Shown: in pieces, positions 10,078-19,778 of the stretch
Layout of the letters: every line of letters starts with the position of its first letter
How positions within the stretch are numbered: the first letter of the stretch is position 1
Source: Spirochaetota bacterium
Lineage (GTDB): Bacteria > Spirochaetota > UBA4802 > UBA5550
Length of the DNA stretch: 64,000 nt
Direction of reading: 5' to 3'
Assembly (NCBI GenBank): GCA_003246895.1
Contig: QKCL01000013.1
Location: 4,363 to 68,362, forward strand
Notes under the pieces: generated by a model
What the model was told of the DNA's origin: nothing
The model's database searches: none
The model's input: the letters and a program-made list of their open reading frames with translations, nothing else
Position numbers and translations under genes: made by a program

Positions 10078-11945
10078 GCATCCTCCTCAATTTTCAGGGA
10101 CAATGCCACGGAAGCGGATATTGCCACAACAAGGACAGACCCCATATTATGTACAAGTGCTCCTGCAACAGGCGAAAGCAGCCCCATTGTGCTCAAGACT
10201 ACAGCAATAATATTTATTACAAGGCTTAACACAAGATTAATTCTTATTACAGAAACCATTTTTCTGCTTAATCTAACTAGAAATGGTATGAGCATAAGAT
10301 TATTATTCATGAGCACAACATCCGCTGTTTCAAGGGCAACCTGGGCTCCTGCAGCCCCCATTGCGATGCCGATATCTGCGGCCCTGAGTGAAGGAGCATC
10401 ATTTATTCCATCTCCAACATATAAAATGCCGGACATTTTTTCAACAGCCTCCATTTTTTCATGAGGGAGAAGTCCCCCGCTGTATTCCCCTATTCCGCTT
10501 TTCTCTGCAGCCTTTTGCACCGCCCCTTCATTATCACCGGACAGTAATGACATGTGCCTGATTCCCAGACTTTTCATGGATTCAACCATTTTACGGGCAC
10601 TTTCCCTGACCTCATCTTCAAGAAAAATATAACCGGCATGACCACCATTAAAGATTACATCCACACAGGTCATTCCGGGATACAGAATGTTTCTGCCCGC
10701 AACGACCTCCACCACATTACCATTAAGACTTCCCCTGACGCCTTTTCCCGGAAGTACGGCAACATCAGAGGCCTCTTCAACTGCAACATCCATTCCCCGG
10801 GCCATGGAAAGAACCGCTCCTGCAATGGGATGAGTGCTGCCCGTCTCAACTGATGATGCGATTCTAATTATGAAGTCACTGCTGTAACCATTCTCAGGTT
10901 CTATTTTTAATATCCTGGGTTTGCCTGAGGTTATTGTGCCTGTTTTATCAAATGCAGCAGTCTTTACCGCAGCAAGTTTTTCAAGATACTCTCCCCCCTT
11001 TACAATAATCCCAGACTTCGCCGCCCGGCCGATAGCTGCGACAGCCGGCACAGGCCCTGAAAGAAGGAACGAACATGGACAACCCACAACAAGTACGGCA
11101 ATTGCCCTGTCAGCGTCACCTGAAACCATCCAGGTTACTGCTGCCACTGTCACGATCAGTGGAGTAAAATATCCGGCATACCTGTCAACAATGCGGGTTC
11201 CCCTTACCCTGCTGTTTTCAGCACTCTCTATGAGACTCTTTATTTTTCCAATGGTCGAGTCAGCACCCCTTTGTCCAACCATTACTCTAAGATAACCGTC
11301 CAGATTTACTGTACCTGCGGAAACAGGATCTCCGGGCCCCTTGTACTGCGGCATTGACTCCCCCGTAAGTAGTGCTTCGTCAACAGCGCATGCTCCGTCA
11401 GTGATTACTCCATCAACAGGGATAATATCCCCTGCTCTGATAATTACAATTTCACCTATCTTAATTTCATCAATTCCCTTAATCTTTTCAGCTCCATTCT
11501 CTTCCAGAACGGCAGCACTATCAGGATTCATCTCCATGAGGCTTTCTATAGCACCCCTTGCCCTGCTGCTTACACCCTCTTCGACAAATGAGCCAAGCAC
11601 CATAATAAAGCTTATTATAGCAGCCTCAAAAAAACTGCCGTTTGCTAAACATGCTGCAATTGCAATACTGACCAGTTCATCAACATTAACCCTTCTCTTT
11701 AAAACACCCTTCAGGGCTTCTTTAATAATCGGGAACCCATTGATGAAGACGGAAATTGCCAGGAACCCATTAAGAATGTATTCTTTTCCATGACCATCCA
11801 TGATACTTCCAATAAAAAAATTAAAATTCAGAAAATACATCATGAACCCAAGAGGGATAAACAGCCCCCCTGCAATTATTCTTGCAAAATCCGATGAACG
11901 GAAAATATCCCTGTATACCATAATATTACTGTACCTGCCGATCAT
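10074..11945 (-). CDS. Heavy-metal translocating P1B-type ATPase
   Basis: TGES, CPC, DKTGT, HP, GDGINDAP, last-TM HNMGS, no N-terminal CxxC domain. ATG at 11945 (SD-like GGGGTG) preferred over 11972. Confidence 0.9.
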   Translation of the reverse strand: MIGRYSNIMVYRDIFRSSDFARIIAGGLFIPLGFMMYFLNFNFFIGSIMDGHGKEYILNGFLAISVFINGFPIIKEALKGVLKRRVNVDELVSIAIAACLANGSFFEAAIISFIMVLGSFVEEGVSSRARGAIESLMEMNPDSAAVLEENGAEKIKGIDEIKIGEIVIIRAGDIIPVDGVITDGACAVDEALLTGESMPQYKGPGDPVSAGTVNLDGYLRVMVGQRGADSTIGKIKSLIESAENSRVRGTRIVDRYAGYFTPLIVTVAAVTWMVSGDADRAIAVLVVGCPCSFLLSGPVPAVAAIGRAAKSGIIVKGGEYLEKLAAVKTAAFDKTGTITSGKPRILKIEPENGYSSDFIIRIASSVETGSTHPIAGAVLSMARGMDVAVEEASDVAVLPGKGVRGSLNGNVVEVVAGRNILYPGMTCVDVIFNGGHAGYIFLEDEVRESARKMVESMKSLGIRHMSLLSGDNEGAVQKAAEKSGIGEYSGGLLPHEKMEAVEKMSGILYVGDGINDAPSLRAADIGIAMGAAGAQVALETADVVLMNNNLMLIPFLVRLSRKMVSVIRINLVLSLVINIIAVVLSTMGLLSPVAGALVHNMGSVLVVAISASVALSLKIEEDA

Positions 11946-11969
11946 ATAGCACCCCGATAGTCTGACAAT

Positions 11970-12050
11970 CATTTATTTTGATATTCAAACTATTTGAATA
12001 TAAAAATAAATGTCAAGTTGTAAATTCATCAAGATTCAAATAGTTTGAAT
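11970..12050 (-). promoter_or_regulatory. Sigma70-like promoter overlapped by twin palindromic operators ATTCAAA-N3-TTTGAAT
   Basis: Copies at 11983-11999 and 12034-12050. Minus-strand TTGACA at 12016-12011 and TAGTTT 18 nt downstream. Confidence 0.75.
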
Positions 12051-12123
12051 AATTCTGCAGTGAGGTCGAAGGCATATAATGAAAAAAATTTAAAACCCGT
12101 AGTAAAAGCTTATACAGTAATTG

Positions 12124-12627
12124 CTACTGGTTGTCTATTTGAGGGTAATGTTTTTTCATGCATACGGGACAGACACTATGGCTAAAATCTGCCCCGGAAT
12201 TTGATCTTATATATTTCTCGATACTCACCCATTGCCCATCTTCATTTCTTATTGACTTACAGAATGAACAGATAGGAAGGAGTCCTTCAAGGGCATTTAT
12301 CTCACTTTTTGCTGTCGTAAGTTCCGCGATAGTTGCCTCGAGCTGTTTTTCATATTCAGTTTTATGCTTCTGCTCATTCAGAATTTCATTGAGAAAGTTA
12401 TTCTCTTTTCTGAATACAAAATATGAAACCATTGCTGCAATAATTCCGCTGATTATAATTGTAATAAGATGAGATTGCCAGAGTGTTATTGAAGGCAAAA
12501 TAAAACTTTTGGAATATTCATAAATGCTCATAAGGATAACCATTATAATGGTTATTTTCAGCACCCTTATGGAAAGCTTATGTCTGCTTTTTTTATTATT
12601 CATTACAATACCTTTTTTACAATACAA
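12124..12627 (-). CDS. Two-TM membrane protein with coiled coil and C-terminal Cys-rich (CxxC...HxxCxxC) domain
   Basis: LLPICSFCKSIR...W...IEKYI...FSHSVCPVC. True start probably the second Met (MNNKK). Confidence 0.8.
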   Translation of the reverse strand: MYCKKGIVMNNKKSRHKLSIRVLKITIIMVILMSIYEYSKSFILPSITLWQSHLITIIISGIIAAMVSYFVFRKENNFLNEILNEQKHKTEYEKQLEATIAELTTAKSEINALEGLLPICSFCKSIRNEDGQWVSIEKYIRSNSGADFSHSVCPVCMKKHYPQIDNQ

Positions 12628-12727
12628 AATATTATAATTTTAGTAAACAGGGAATTAAAAAAAATAGAGAGCTAATTGGATTGACATAATTCACATTTTA
12701 CACTACAAGTTATAGAAAGGAATAATA

Positions 12728-12916
12728 ATGAACAGAACTAATGAGATAATACTTAAAAGAATAATTGAAAAAGATTCAAACCTGAGCAAGACAGTTGCAG
12801 ACTACTACATGTCACTTAAAGAATTGAATGATCCTGCAAAGGCTGTAGAACTTCTGGCACGTCACGTTGCAATGATGGTTGAAATGATAAATGATTTTAA
12901 AAACAGTCCTAGATAA
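12728..12916 (+). CDS. Small hypothetical protein (62 aa)
   Basis: SD AAGGA before ATG, TTGACA at 12681, amphipathic helical sequence. Confidence 0.65.
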   Translation: MNRTNEIILKRIIEKDSNLSKTVADYYMSLKELNDPAKAVELLARHVAMMVEMINDFKNSPR

Positions 12917-13505
12917 TGCCGCTGAAATTTCTGCTAAGTTCTCTCAGGCCCTTTCTGATTAGACTCTTGTTACTTTTAAGTTTTTTTACATGGGATCTGC
13001 TTTTTCCTACCCCGGATGAATACTCATCATTGTTAATAACTCCCATGGAATGCAGCTTGTTCAGTCTTTTCATTTCATCTTCATTTCTTTGAATCTGAAA
13101 TTCAAGAGAGTTCAGGTATTTTGTAATAGTAACCGCCTCTTCCCTGCTTATCTGAAAAAGTCTGGTCAGCACGTCTCTCTGGGAGTCAATCCCCCTTCGG
13201 CACTGCTCAGCCTTAAAAATTTCACTGAAAGATAATTCATAATTTGAGGAAAGTATTTTTCTGAGCATCTGAATTTCACGGAAAAGCCTGTCAATTTTAA
13301 AGGGTGCTGTTTTTATTTCATTTATAAATTTAAGCTTATCAGGAGTTATTACAAGGAACTTATCGGATTCAATATCCTCCTGCCTGCGGCATATTGAAAA
13401 AACTTCCCTCAGGTTAACTTCCTCACTTTCATGAATTTGTTCCTGATTTTTCACCTTTCCGGTTCTGTGAAGAATTTTATCCAGTGGTTTACCAATAAAT
13501 TTCAC
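12909..13505 (-). CDS. Hypothetical coiled-coil protein
   Basis: 198-aa ORF, GTG start with GAGGT SD, no recognised domain. Confidence 0.7.
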   Translation of the reverse strand: MKFIGKPLDKILHRTGKVKNQEQIHESEEVNLREVFSICRRQEDIESDKFLVITPDKLKFINEIKTAPFKIDRLFREIQMLRKILSSNYELSFSEIFKAEQCRRGIDSQRDVLTRLFQISREEAVTITKYLNSLEFQIQRNEDEMKRLNKLHSMGVINNDEYSSGVGKSRSHVKKLKSNKSLIRKGLRELSRNFSGII

Positions 13506-13678
13506 AATATACCTCTGTCCAGCAAAACTCTATAAATGCGACATAACATTAAAACCAAAATAATTAAAACCGATGCAAAAAACAAGTGACGCCTTTTTTT
13601 TATTAAAAAATATATTTTTTATTTATAATAAAATATCTCTTTAATATATTAAAATAAAATACATTGACCTGGAACAAG

Positions 13679-14779
13679 ATGAAACAGAAAAACAGCAAAA
13701 TTCTGCTTATAGATGATGATGAGGGAATTCTCCGGTTATTCAGCAAATACCTTGAGAAAAAAAATTATACAGTAATTTCAACCAGCAATGGTGAGGATGG
13801 ATTCAATAAATATCGTTCAGAAAACCCTGATCTAATTATTACAGATTTAAAAATGCCCGGAATCTCGGGACTTGACCTCATAAAGAAAATTGTTGAAAAC
13901 AGCAAAGCATCCAATACAGACAGCATCCCGGTAATTGTCGTATCCGGAACAGACGACATTCAGGATATGGTACAGGCTCTCCGCCATGGCGCATGGGACT
14001 ACCTCATAAAACCCATTGAAGACCTGGACATTCTCAACCATGCTGTTTCCAAGGCCATGGAGAAATATTCTCTCATACTTGAGAACAACAGATACAGAGA
14101 GGATCTTGAAGAAAAAGTCAGAATACGAACTCAGGAATACCAGGATGAACTGAACACAAGAATTATGACCGAAAGACTTCTAAACGAAAGTATGGGCAAC
14201 CTCCAGAGGATTCTTGACGGAGTAATCTCAACAATTTCAAAAATCGGGGATATCCGCGACCCCTACACAGGAGGTCACCAGCACAGGGTTTCAGTTCTCA
14301 GTACAATGATTGCAAATGAGATGGATCTGCCCGAGGACCAGATCAAGGCCATAAACATTGCGGCCCTCCTGCATGATATCGGGAAAGTTGCAATTCCGCT
14401 GGAAATTCTCAGCAAACCGGGAAAAATCATGCGAATCGAAAAGGAGCTCATACAGACACACCCTACGGCCGGGTATGAAATTCTCAAGGAAATTGAATTC
14501 CCCTGGCCAATCGCTGAAATTGTTTACCAGCATCATGAAAGACTCGACGGCTCCGGCTACCCGCGCGGTCTGAAAGATGAAGAAATACATCTTGAATCAA
14601 AAATAATAAGTGTGGCTGACGTAGTTGAAGCAGTCGCTTCACACAGGCCCTACAGGGCTGCTCTCGGTATGGACAAGGCGCTGGAAATAATCCGGGAAGA
14701 TTCATTGTCGGCACTTGACCCTCATGTTGTCACTGCATGTATTAACGTTATAAGGAAGAATAAATTTACTTTTTCCTAA
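13679..14779 (+). CDS. Response regulator with HD-GYP domain (c-di-GMP phosphodiesterase)
   Basis: REC (IDDD, TDLKMP, DYLIKP), RDPYTGGH, LHDIGK, HHERLDGSGYP. Confidence 0.93.
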   Translation: MKQKNSKILLIDDDEGILRLFSKYLEKKNYTVISTSNGEDGFNKYRSENPDLIITDLKMPGISGLDLIKKIVENSKASNTDSIPVIVVSGTDDIQDMVQALRHGAWDYLIKPIEDLDILNHAVSKAMEKYSLILENNRYREDLEEKVRIRTQEYQDELNTRIMTERLLNESMGNLQRILDGVISTISKIGDIRDPYTGGHQHRVSVLSTMIANEMDLPEDQIKAINIAALLHDIGKVAIPLEILSKPGKIMRIEKELIQTHPTAGYEILKEIEFPWPIAEIVYQHHERLDGSGYPRGLKDEEIHLESKIISVADVVEAVASHRPYRAALGMDKALEIIREDSLSALDPHVVTACINVIRKNKFTFS

Positions 14780-14869
14780 TAATTATTTGAAATTTTGGTT
14801 TTAAAAAAAATCAGATTCTGTAGAATGTTTAAATATTAAATGAATAATTAAAATCCGGAGGATATAAAA

Positions 14870-15400
14870 ATGAGCATGCCTGAAAAAAGAACAAAAGTTA
14901 TAGAAGTACTCAACAAAGCAAGATCAATGGAACTTCAATCCATATACCAGTATATGAACCAGCACTATAACCTGGACGACATGGATTATGGTGAACTTGC
15001 AAAGAACATGAAGCTGATCGCCATTGATGAAATGAGACATGCGGAAATGTTTGCCGAAAGGGTCAAGGAACTCGGAGGAGAGCCAGTTTCAGAACCAGCA
15101 GGTCCTGTAATCAAGGGACAGGAAGTTGAAAAAATATATCCCTTTGACAGCGGAGAGGAAGACAGCGCGATTAATTCATATAACCAGTTTCTCCATGTCT
15201 GCCAGGAGAATAATGACAATACCTCTGCAAAAATATTTGAAGATATTATCGATGAGGAATGGAAACACAAAAGCTATTTTGACAATATAGCGGAACATAT
15301 CAGTAAACTTGGCGCATCATATCTTGCAACCATTGCAGGAACTTCGGCCAGTACAGGCGGAACAACAAAGGGATTTGTCATAAACGGCGGAAACGCATAA
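14870..15400 (+). CDS. bfr: Bacterioferritin (Desulfovibrio type)
   Basis: KVIEVLNKARSMEL...QYMNQHYNLDDMDYGELA.NMKLIAIDEMRHAE, ferroxidase E/ExxH motifs, SD GGAGG. Confidence 0.92.
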   Translation: MSMPEKRTKVIEVLNKARSMELQSIYQYMNQHYNLDDMDYGELAKNMKLIAIDEMRHAEMFAERVKELGGEPVSEPAGPVIKGQEVEKIYPFDSGEEDSAINSYNQFLHVCQENNDNTSAKIFEDIIDEEWKHKSYFDNIAEHISKLGASYLATIAGTSASTGGTTKGFVINGGNA

Positions 15401-15423
15401 ATTCCCAAATAGCATTACTACAT

Positions 15424-15456
15424 AAAAAAGCAAAGCCTCCAGGCTTTGCTTTTTTT
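15424..15456. terminator. Bidirectional intrinsic terminator between bfr and the OFOR gamma gene
   Basis: AAAAAAGCAAAGCCT-CC-AGGCTTTGCTTTTTTT between convergent genes. Confidence 0.9.
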
Positions 15457-15474
15457 GTTTAATATTCTTTTAAT

Positions 15475-16044
15475 CTACTGAAGTTTCAGTTTAGAGACCT
15501 TTTCTTCACCAAGCTCCCTGACCAGGTTTATACCCATGTCAAGGGCCCTGAGATTTATATCAATCAGTGACGGTTTAAATCTATTTCTGATTACCATTCT
15601 GATTGTTTCTGGATCTATGAGTTCTACTATTTCAGAGAGTACTCCGAGCATGCATATGTTTATCATCTGAACAGAATTAAATTCACTCATGCACGCACCG
15701 AACATATCCAGACCAAGCATCTTGTAATCCTTTATCTTCACGTTCTTGACATTATGTGAGTCATAAATGACCAGGCCTCCCGGAGTAGCCATCTTTATGT
15801 ACTTGTTATATGCTTCCTGACTTAGACAGACAAGAACATCGGGATACATAACCTTGGGATAATGTATTTTGCTGCTTGATATAATAACATCCGTTCTCGC
15901 AGCTCCACCTCTTGCCTCCGGGCCGTAGCTCTGGGTCTGAACCGCAAAAAGATTTCCATAAGTTGCTGTGGCTTCTCCCAGAAGAAGTCCTGCCGTTATG
16001 GCACCCTGACCGCCTGTACCGGACAGAATAAATTTATATTTCAT
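15475..16044 (-). CDS. korC: 2-oxoacid:ferredoxin oxidoreductase gamma subunit
   Basis: GTGGQG, SYGPEARGG, NICMLG, INLRAL. Confidence 0.88.
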   Translation of the reverse strand: MKYKFILSGTGGQGAITAGLLLGEATATYGNLFAVQTQSYGPEARGGAARTDVIISSSKIHYPKVMYPDVLVCLSQEAYNKYIKMATPGGLVIYDSHNVKNVKIKDYKMLGLDMFGACMSEFNSVQMINICMLGVLSEIVELIDPETIRMVIRNRFKPSLIDINLRALDMGINLVRELGEEKVSKLKLQ

Positions 16045-16841
16045 TTTTTGCCCCCCTGAACCTCTTTGACAAGACTTTCATATTTATCACAATACTCCGG
16101 CCTTACCTCTTTAACAAAAACTCCTATCTCTATCTCTCCGGGAGCACCTGTCCCCTTGCCAATTTTTACAGAATTTTCCTTAAAGTGTTTGAGCATATCC
16201 ACTGCGCTGCCGGAAAGATTCTTACGTCCATAATAGGTCGGGCACTGATCCAGAATTTCTATAACAGAAAAACCGGGATGTTCAATACCTTCCCTGATCA
16301 GCTTTATGAGTTCATTTACATGATAAGTGGTACTCCTTGCAACAAAACTGGCTCCTGCTGCTGTTGCAACCTTGACAACATCAAATGGTTCATCAATAGT
16401 ACCGTAAGGTGCAGTTGTTGCATACCTGTTCTTTGGAGTAGCAGGAGAGAACTGTCCTCCCGTCATTCCGTAAATATTATTATTCATGACAATGGCCGTT
16501 AGGTCCATGTTTCTCCTTGCGGCATGAATAAAGTGGTTGCCTCCGATTGCCAGAGCATCGCCGTCACCCATGGGAACAATAACCTTCAACCTTGGATTTC
16601 CCATTTTGGCTCCCGTTGCAAATGCAAGAGCCCTGCCGTGAAGTGTATGCATTGTATGAAAATCAAGGTAACCGGCCATCCTGGCTGAACAGCCTATACC
16701 GGAAACCATAACTACATCATTTTTTTCAAGACCAATCTGCTCAACGGCCCTCACCAGGCTGTTCAGCACTATTCCGTGCCCGCACCCGGGACACCAGATA
16801 TGGGGCATAAACTGTTCTCTTAAATAATCTGTAACTGCCAT
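16041..16841 (-). CDS. korB: 2-oxoacid:ferredoxin oxidoreductase beta subunit (TPP-binding)
   Basis: WCPGCG, SGIGCS, HTLHGRA, GDGD...NNNIYGMTGGQ, QCPT. Confidence 0.92.
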   Translation of the reverse strand: MAVTDYLREQFMPHIWCPGCGHGIVLNSLVRAVEQIGLEKNDVVMVSGIGCSARMAGYLDFHTMHTLHGRALAFATGAKMGNPRLKVIVPMGDGDALAIGGNHFIHAARRNMDLTAIVMNNNIYGMTGGQFSPATPKNRYATTAPYGTIDEPFDVVKVATAAGASFVARSTTYHVNELIKLIREGIEHPGFSVIEILDQCPTYYGRKNLSGSAVDMLKHFKENSVKIGKGTGAPGEIEIGVFVKEVRPEYCDKYESLVKEVQGGKK

Positions 16842-16842
16842 A

Positions 16843-17994
16843 CTATTTCCCCTTTCCTCTCAGTAAATTCACGACATTTTCAATGTCTTCCGGATTGATG
16901 AGAGCCCCATCGACCCTGTTTGCGAGGAAAACCCTGTCAGGATTGCTGACAGCTTCCTTAACCTGATGAAGCACCTGGCCCATATTCATCTCCGCAACAA
17001 CTACATACCGTGCATCCCTGCAGAGATCATATATTATATCATCCGGGAAGGGCCAGAGCGTCTGCAGTTCAATCATCCCCACCCTGAGGCCCCTCTGACG
17101 CAGATTGCTCATGGTCTGCTTGGCAGATCGGGCCGAACATCCGTATGAAATCAGTACTATATCCGCATCATCCATGTTTGTGGTTTTGTATCTTGCTATA
17201 TCATGTTTATAATTCTCCACCTTGTTTACAAGATGGTGGATCAGTGTATTTGCAACTTCCGGATCATTTGAAGGAAACCCCCACATGTCATGCGCAAGCC
17301 CGGTAACATTGTATCTGTGAATACCGCCAAATTCTGACATTGGAAGTCTTCCATCCTCCCTTGCAAAATAAGGGTGATAATCTGAATCCTCGGGAACTGA
17401 TGTATTGAGCCGTTCAATAATCGGAAGTTCTCCGGGTTCAGGAATAGTCAACCCCTCTCTCATGTGGGCAATAACTTCATCAAGTAGCAGAACAACAGGC
17501 ATCCTGTAGAGTTCTGAAAAGTTGAATGCCTCAACAGTCATTGCAAAAATATCCTCATGGTTTGAAGCGGTAAGCGCTATTACGCTATGGTCTCCATGTG
17601 TCCCCCATCTTGTCTGCATAACATCGGCCTGACTGGCACTGGTCGGCATACCGGTAGATGGCCCTCCCCTCTGGACATTTACTATTACGCAGGGAATCTC
17701 TGCCATGTGTCCGTAACCGATAGCCTCCTGCATAAGGGAAAAGCCTGGGCCGCTTGTGGCTGTCATAACCTTGTTCCCGGTTAGTGAAGCGCCTATTATT
17801 GCACATATTGAGGATATCTCATCCTCCATCTGCATAAAAGCCTTGCCCTCTGCAGGCATAAGCTCTGCGAGTACCTCGGCTATCTCAGTTGACGGAGTAA
17901 TGGGATAACCAGCATAGAAGGAAACACCGGCATACATTGCTGCCCGTGCACACACTTCATTGCCCTGCAGAAACAGTATCTCATTTTTCTTCAT
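16843..17994 (-). CDS. korA: 2-oxoacid:ferredoxin oxidoreductase alpha subunit
   Basis: YAGYPITPSTE, QMEDE, TATSGPGFSLMQE, QRGGPSTG, EMNMGQ. ATG at 17994. Confidence 0.92.
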   Translation of the reverse strand: MKKNEILFLQGNEVCARAAMYAGVSFYAGYPITPSTEIAEVLAELMPAEGKAFMQMEDEISSICAIIGASLTGNKVMTATSGPGFSLMQEAIGYGHMAEIPCVIVNVQRGGPSTGMPTSASQADVMQTRWGTHGDHSVIALTASNHEDIFAMTVEAFNFSELYRMPVVLLLDEVIAHMREGLTIPEPGELPIIERLNTSVPEDSDYHPYFAREDGRLPMSEFGGIHRYNVTGLAHDMWGFPSNDPEVANTLIHHLVNKVENYKHDIARYKTTNMDDADIVLISYGCSARSAKQTMSNLRQRGLRVGMIELQTLWPFPDDIIYDLCRDARYVVVAEMNMGQVLHQVKEAVSNPDRVFLANRVDGALINPEDIENVVNLLRGKGK

Positions 17995-18196
17995 CAGATT
18001 CCTCCTGAGTTTCAATAATCTGTATGGCGATATCTGGGCATCTTAATTCACACATTTTACAAAAAATACAATCACCGCTCCTGGGAGCATAGATCTTTAA
18101 TTCATCATCAAGTTCGAGAACATTCTTAGGGCAGAATTCAACGCAAATTCCACAGCCCTTACACCAGTCTCTGTTGAATTTTAGTTTCTTTTTCAT
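17981..18196 (-). CDS. korD: 2[4Fe-4S] ferredoxin, OFOR delta subunit
   Basis: CKGCGICVEFCP and CIFCKMCELRCP. First gene of the operon. Confidence 0.9.
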   Translation of the reverse strand: MKKKLKFNRDWCKGCGICVEFCPKNVLELDDELKIYAPRSGDCIFCKMCELRCPDIAIQIIETQEESDEEK

Positions 18197-18363
18197 ATTA
18201 GCTCTATGTAAGTTATTTTTGGTTCCTACTATTATTGCAGAAATTATATAATAATAGTAAAAACTATGCCAATTTTCGAAAATGAATGGAAAAATTGCAA
18301 TAAGAATATTTGAAAAATTGACATTTTAATTTTTTCGTACATTCAAATAAGAAATGTAAAAAA

Positions 18364-19482
18364 TCAGGATATGTCTTGAGGCGGTAAAATTTTTCTTTCT
18401 TCATCCTTGATCTTGTTGTCCAGATCATATGTATCAAGAGCCTTGTATATCTCCCAGAATGAATAGAAAAGTGAAAGCAGTATAGGACCTATGATAATTC
18501 CCGGAAGGCCAAAGGCCTGTATGCTTCCGAGGAGGAGAAAGAAAAATATAAGCGGGTGAAAGTTAAGTTTGTCTCCGAAAATTTTCGGTTTGACCAGATT
18601 CTCAAGCAACATGTACCATGAAAAACACCAGACAGATATAAACACGGCCCACTCATACTTCCCGATGAGAATAAAATAGAGCGCAACCGGCCCCCAGATA
18701 AAAGTTGTTCCCACAACAGGAATCAGGGACAGAACAGCAGCCACTGTTCCCCAGAGAAGAGGCATTCTTATCCCCGCAATGTACAGGCCGCAGCCAACCA
18801 TGAATCCCTGCACAGCCATGATTATTATATTGCCCAGAATCAGTACATATATAACATCTTTCAGCTTGAGTATCATGTCCCTTTCAATATCATCGGGAAA
18901 GGGCAAAATCTTGTATATTGCACCGTCTGCCCTGTATCCGTCCTTGAGCAGAAAGAATATGATAAGAACCATCAGAAGAAACTTTATTATAAAGTTTATC
19001 GGGTAGGAGATGACCGATGTGAGCGCCGTAAATATATTCAAAGAGGTTCTCTTTGTGAAGCCTACAAACTTTTCAGTTATTTCACCCTTGTCAATATCGA
19101 GAAATTCGAGGACACGGTCCACATATTCATTACCCTCAAAATGTTCAAGAAATCCGGACTCTACTCTGACCTGAACATGTTTATAAAGCTCAATTACCTG
19201 TTCAGAAAGACTGAACATCAGAACCATACTGGGAGTCAGAACCAGAACAAAGAGCAGAATCATGACAACCGTTGCACTCAGGGCCCTGTTGCGAAGCCTG
19301 TTGTGCATTTTTTCAAAAAGCGGTTTAAGAGCGACATAAAAAATCATTGAAAAGACAAATACCCAAAGATAGACCCTGAATATATAGAGCAGAAAAATTA
19401 TTATGAATGCAAAAAGTCCGAGGAAAAACCATTTCATGGTTTTATTCTTGTTCAGAAGCTGATATGATTTGTTTTCTGTCAT
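18364..19482 (-). CDS. AI-2E family transporter
   Basis: SLIPVVGT, ENLVKPKIFG, HPL...LLGS...FG.PGIIIGP. Confidence 0.9.
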   Translation of the reverse strand: MTENKSYQLLNKNKTMKWFFLGLFAFIIIFLLYIFRVYLWVFVFSMIFYVALKPLFEKMHNRLRNRALSATVVMILLFVLVLTPSMVLMFSLSEQVIELYKHVQVRVESGFLEHFEGNEYVDRVLEFLDIDKGEITEKFVGFTKRTSLNIFTALTSVISYPINFIIKFLLMVLIIFFLLKDGYRADGAIYKILPFPDDIERDMILKLKDVIYVLILGNIIIMAVQGFMVGCGLYIAGIRMPLLWGTVAAVLSLIPVVGTTFIWGPVALYFILIGKYEWAVFISVWCFSWYMLLENLVKPKIFGDKLNFHPLIFFFLLLGSIQAFGLPGIIIGPILLSLFYSFWEIYKALDTYDLDNKIKDEERKILPPQDIS

Positions 19483-19505
19483 TTACATAACTCTCAGTGG
19501 CATGG

Positions 19506-19544
19506 AAAAATTATACATCTCTTCTCAGAGATGTATAATTTTTT
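19506..19544. terminator. Perfect 17-bp hairpin, terminator-like
   Basis: AAAAATTATACATCTCT-TCTC-AGAGATGTATAATTTTT, downstream of the 60-aa gene. Confidence 0.65.
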
Positions 19545-19595
19545 CAATTAAAAAACTGCCGGTATTATATGGATAAACCAGCCCTCAACAAATCG

Positions 19596-19778
19596 TTACT
19601 TGGTTAGATAATGAGATAGATCAGTAGCTATTTTTGAAATTGCGTGATCAAGATATTCTTCATCGGTAATTCTGACTTTCAGATCAGAAATTTTTCTGTT
19701 ATCACCGGTGATTTTGCCCTTCGCTATCTCACGATCCTCCATTTTCATGAGATTGTTCATCGAAACCTCCACGGTCAT
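19596..19778 (-). CDS. Small conserved-looking protein with FlgM-C-terminus-like helix pattern
   Basis: Strong SD GGGAGGA. KISDLKVRITDEEYLDHAISKIATDL. Confidence 0.7.
   Translation of the reverse strand: MTVEVSMNNLMKMEDREIAKGKITGDNRKISDLKVRITDEEYLDHAISKIATDLSHYLTK

Noticed and set aside
19506..19544. Hairpin arms resemble the Tn5/Nextera mosaic end (AGATGTGTATAA)
   Set aside because: Only a partial match (AGATGTATAA) with no GAGACAG. Position fits a natural terminator.
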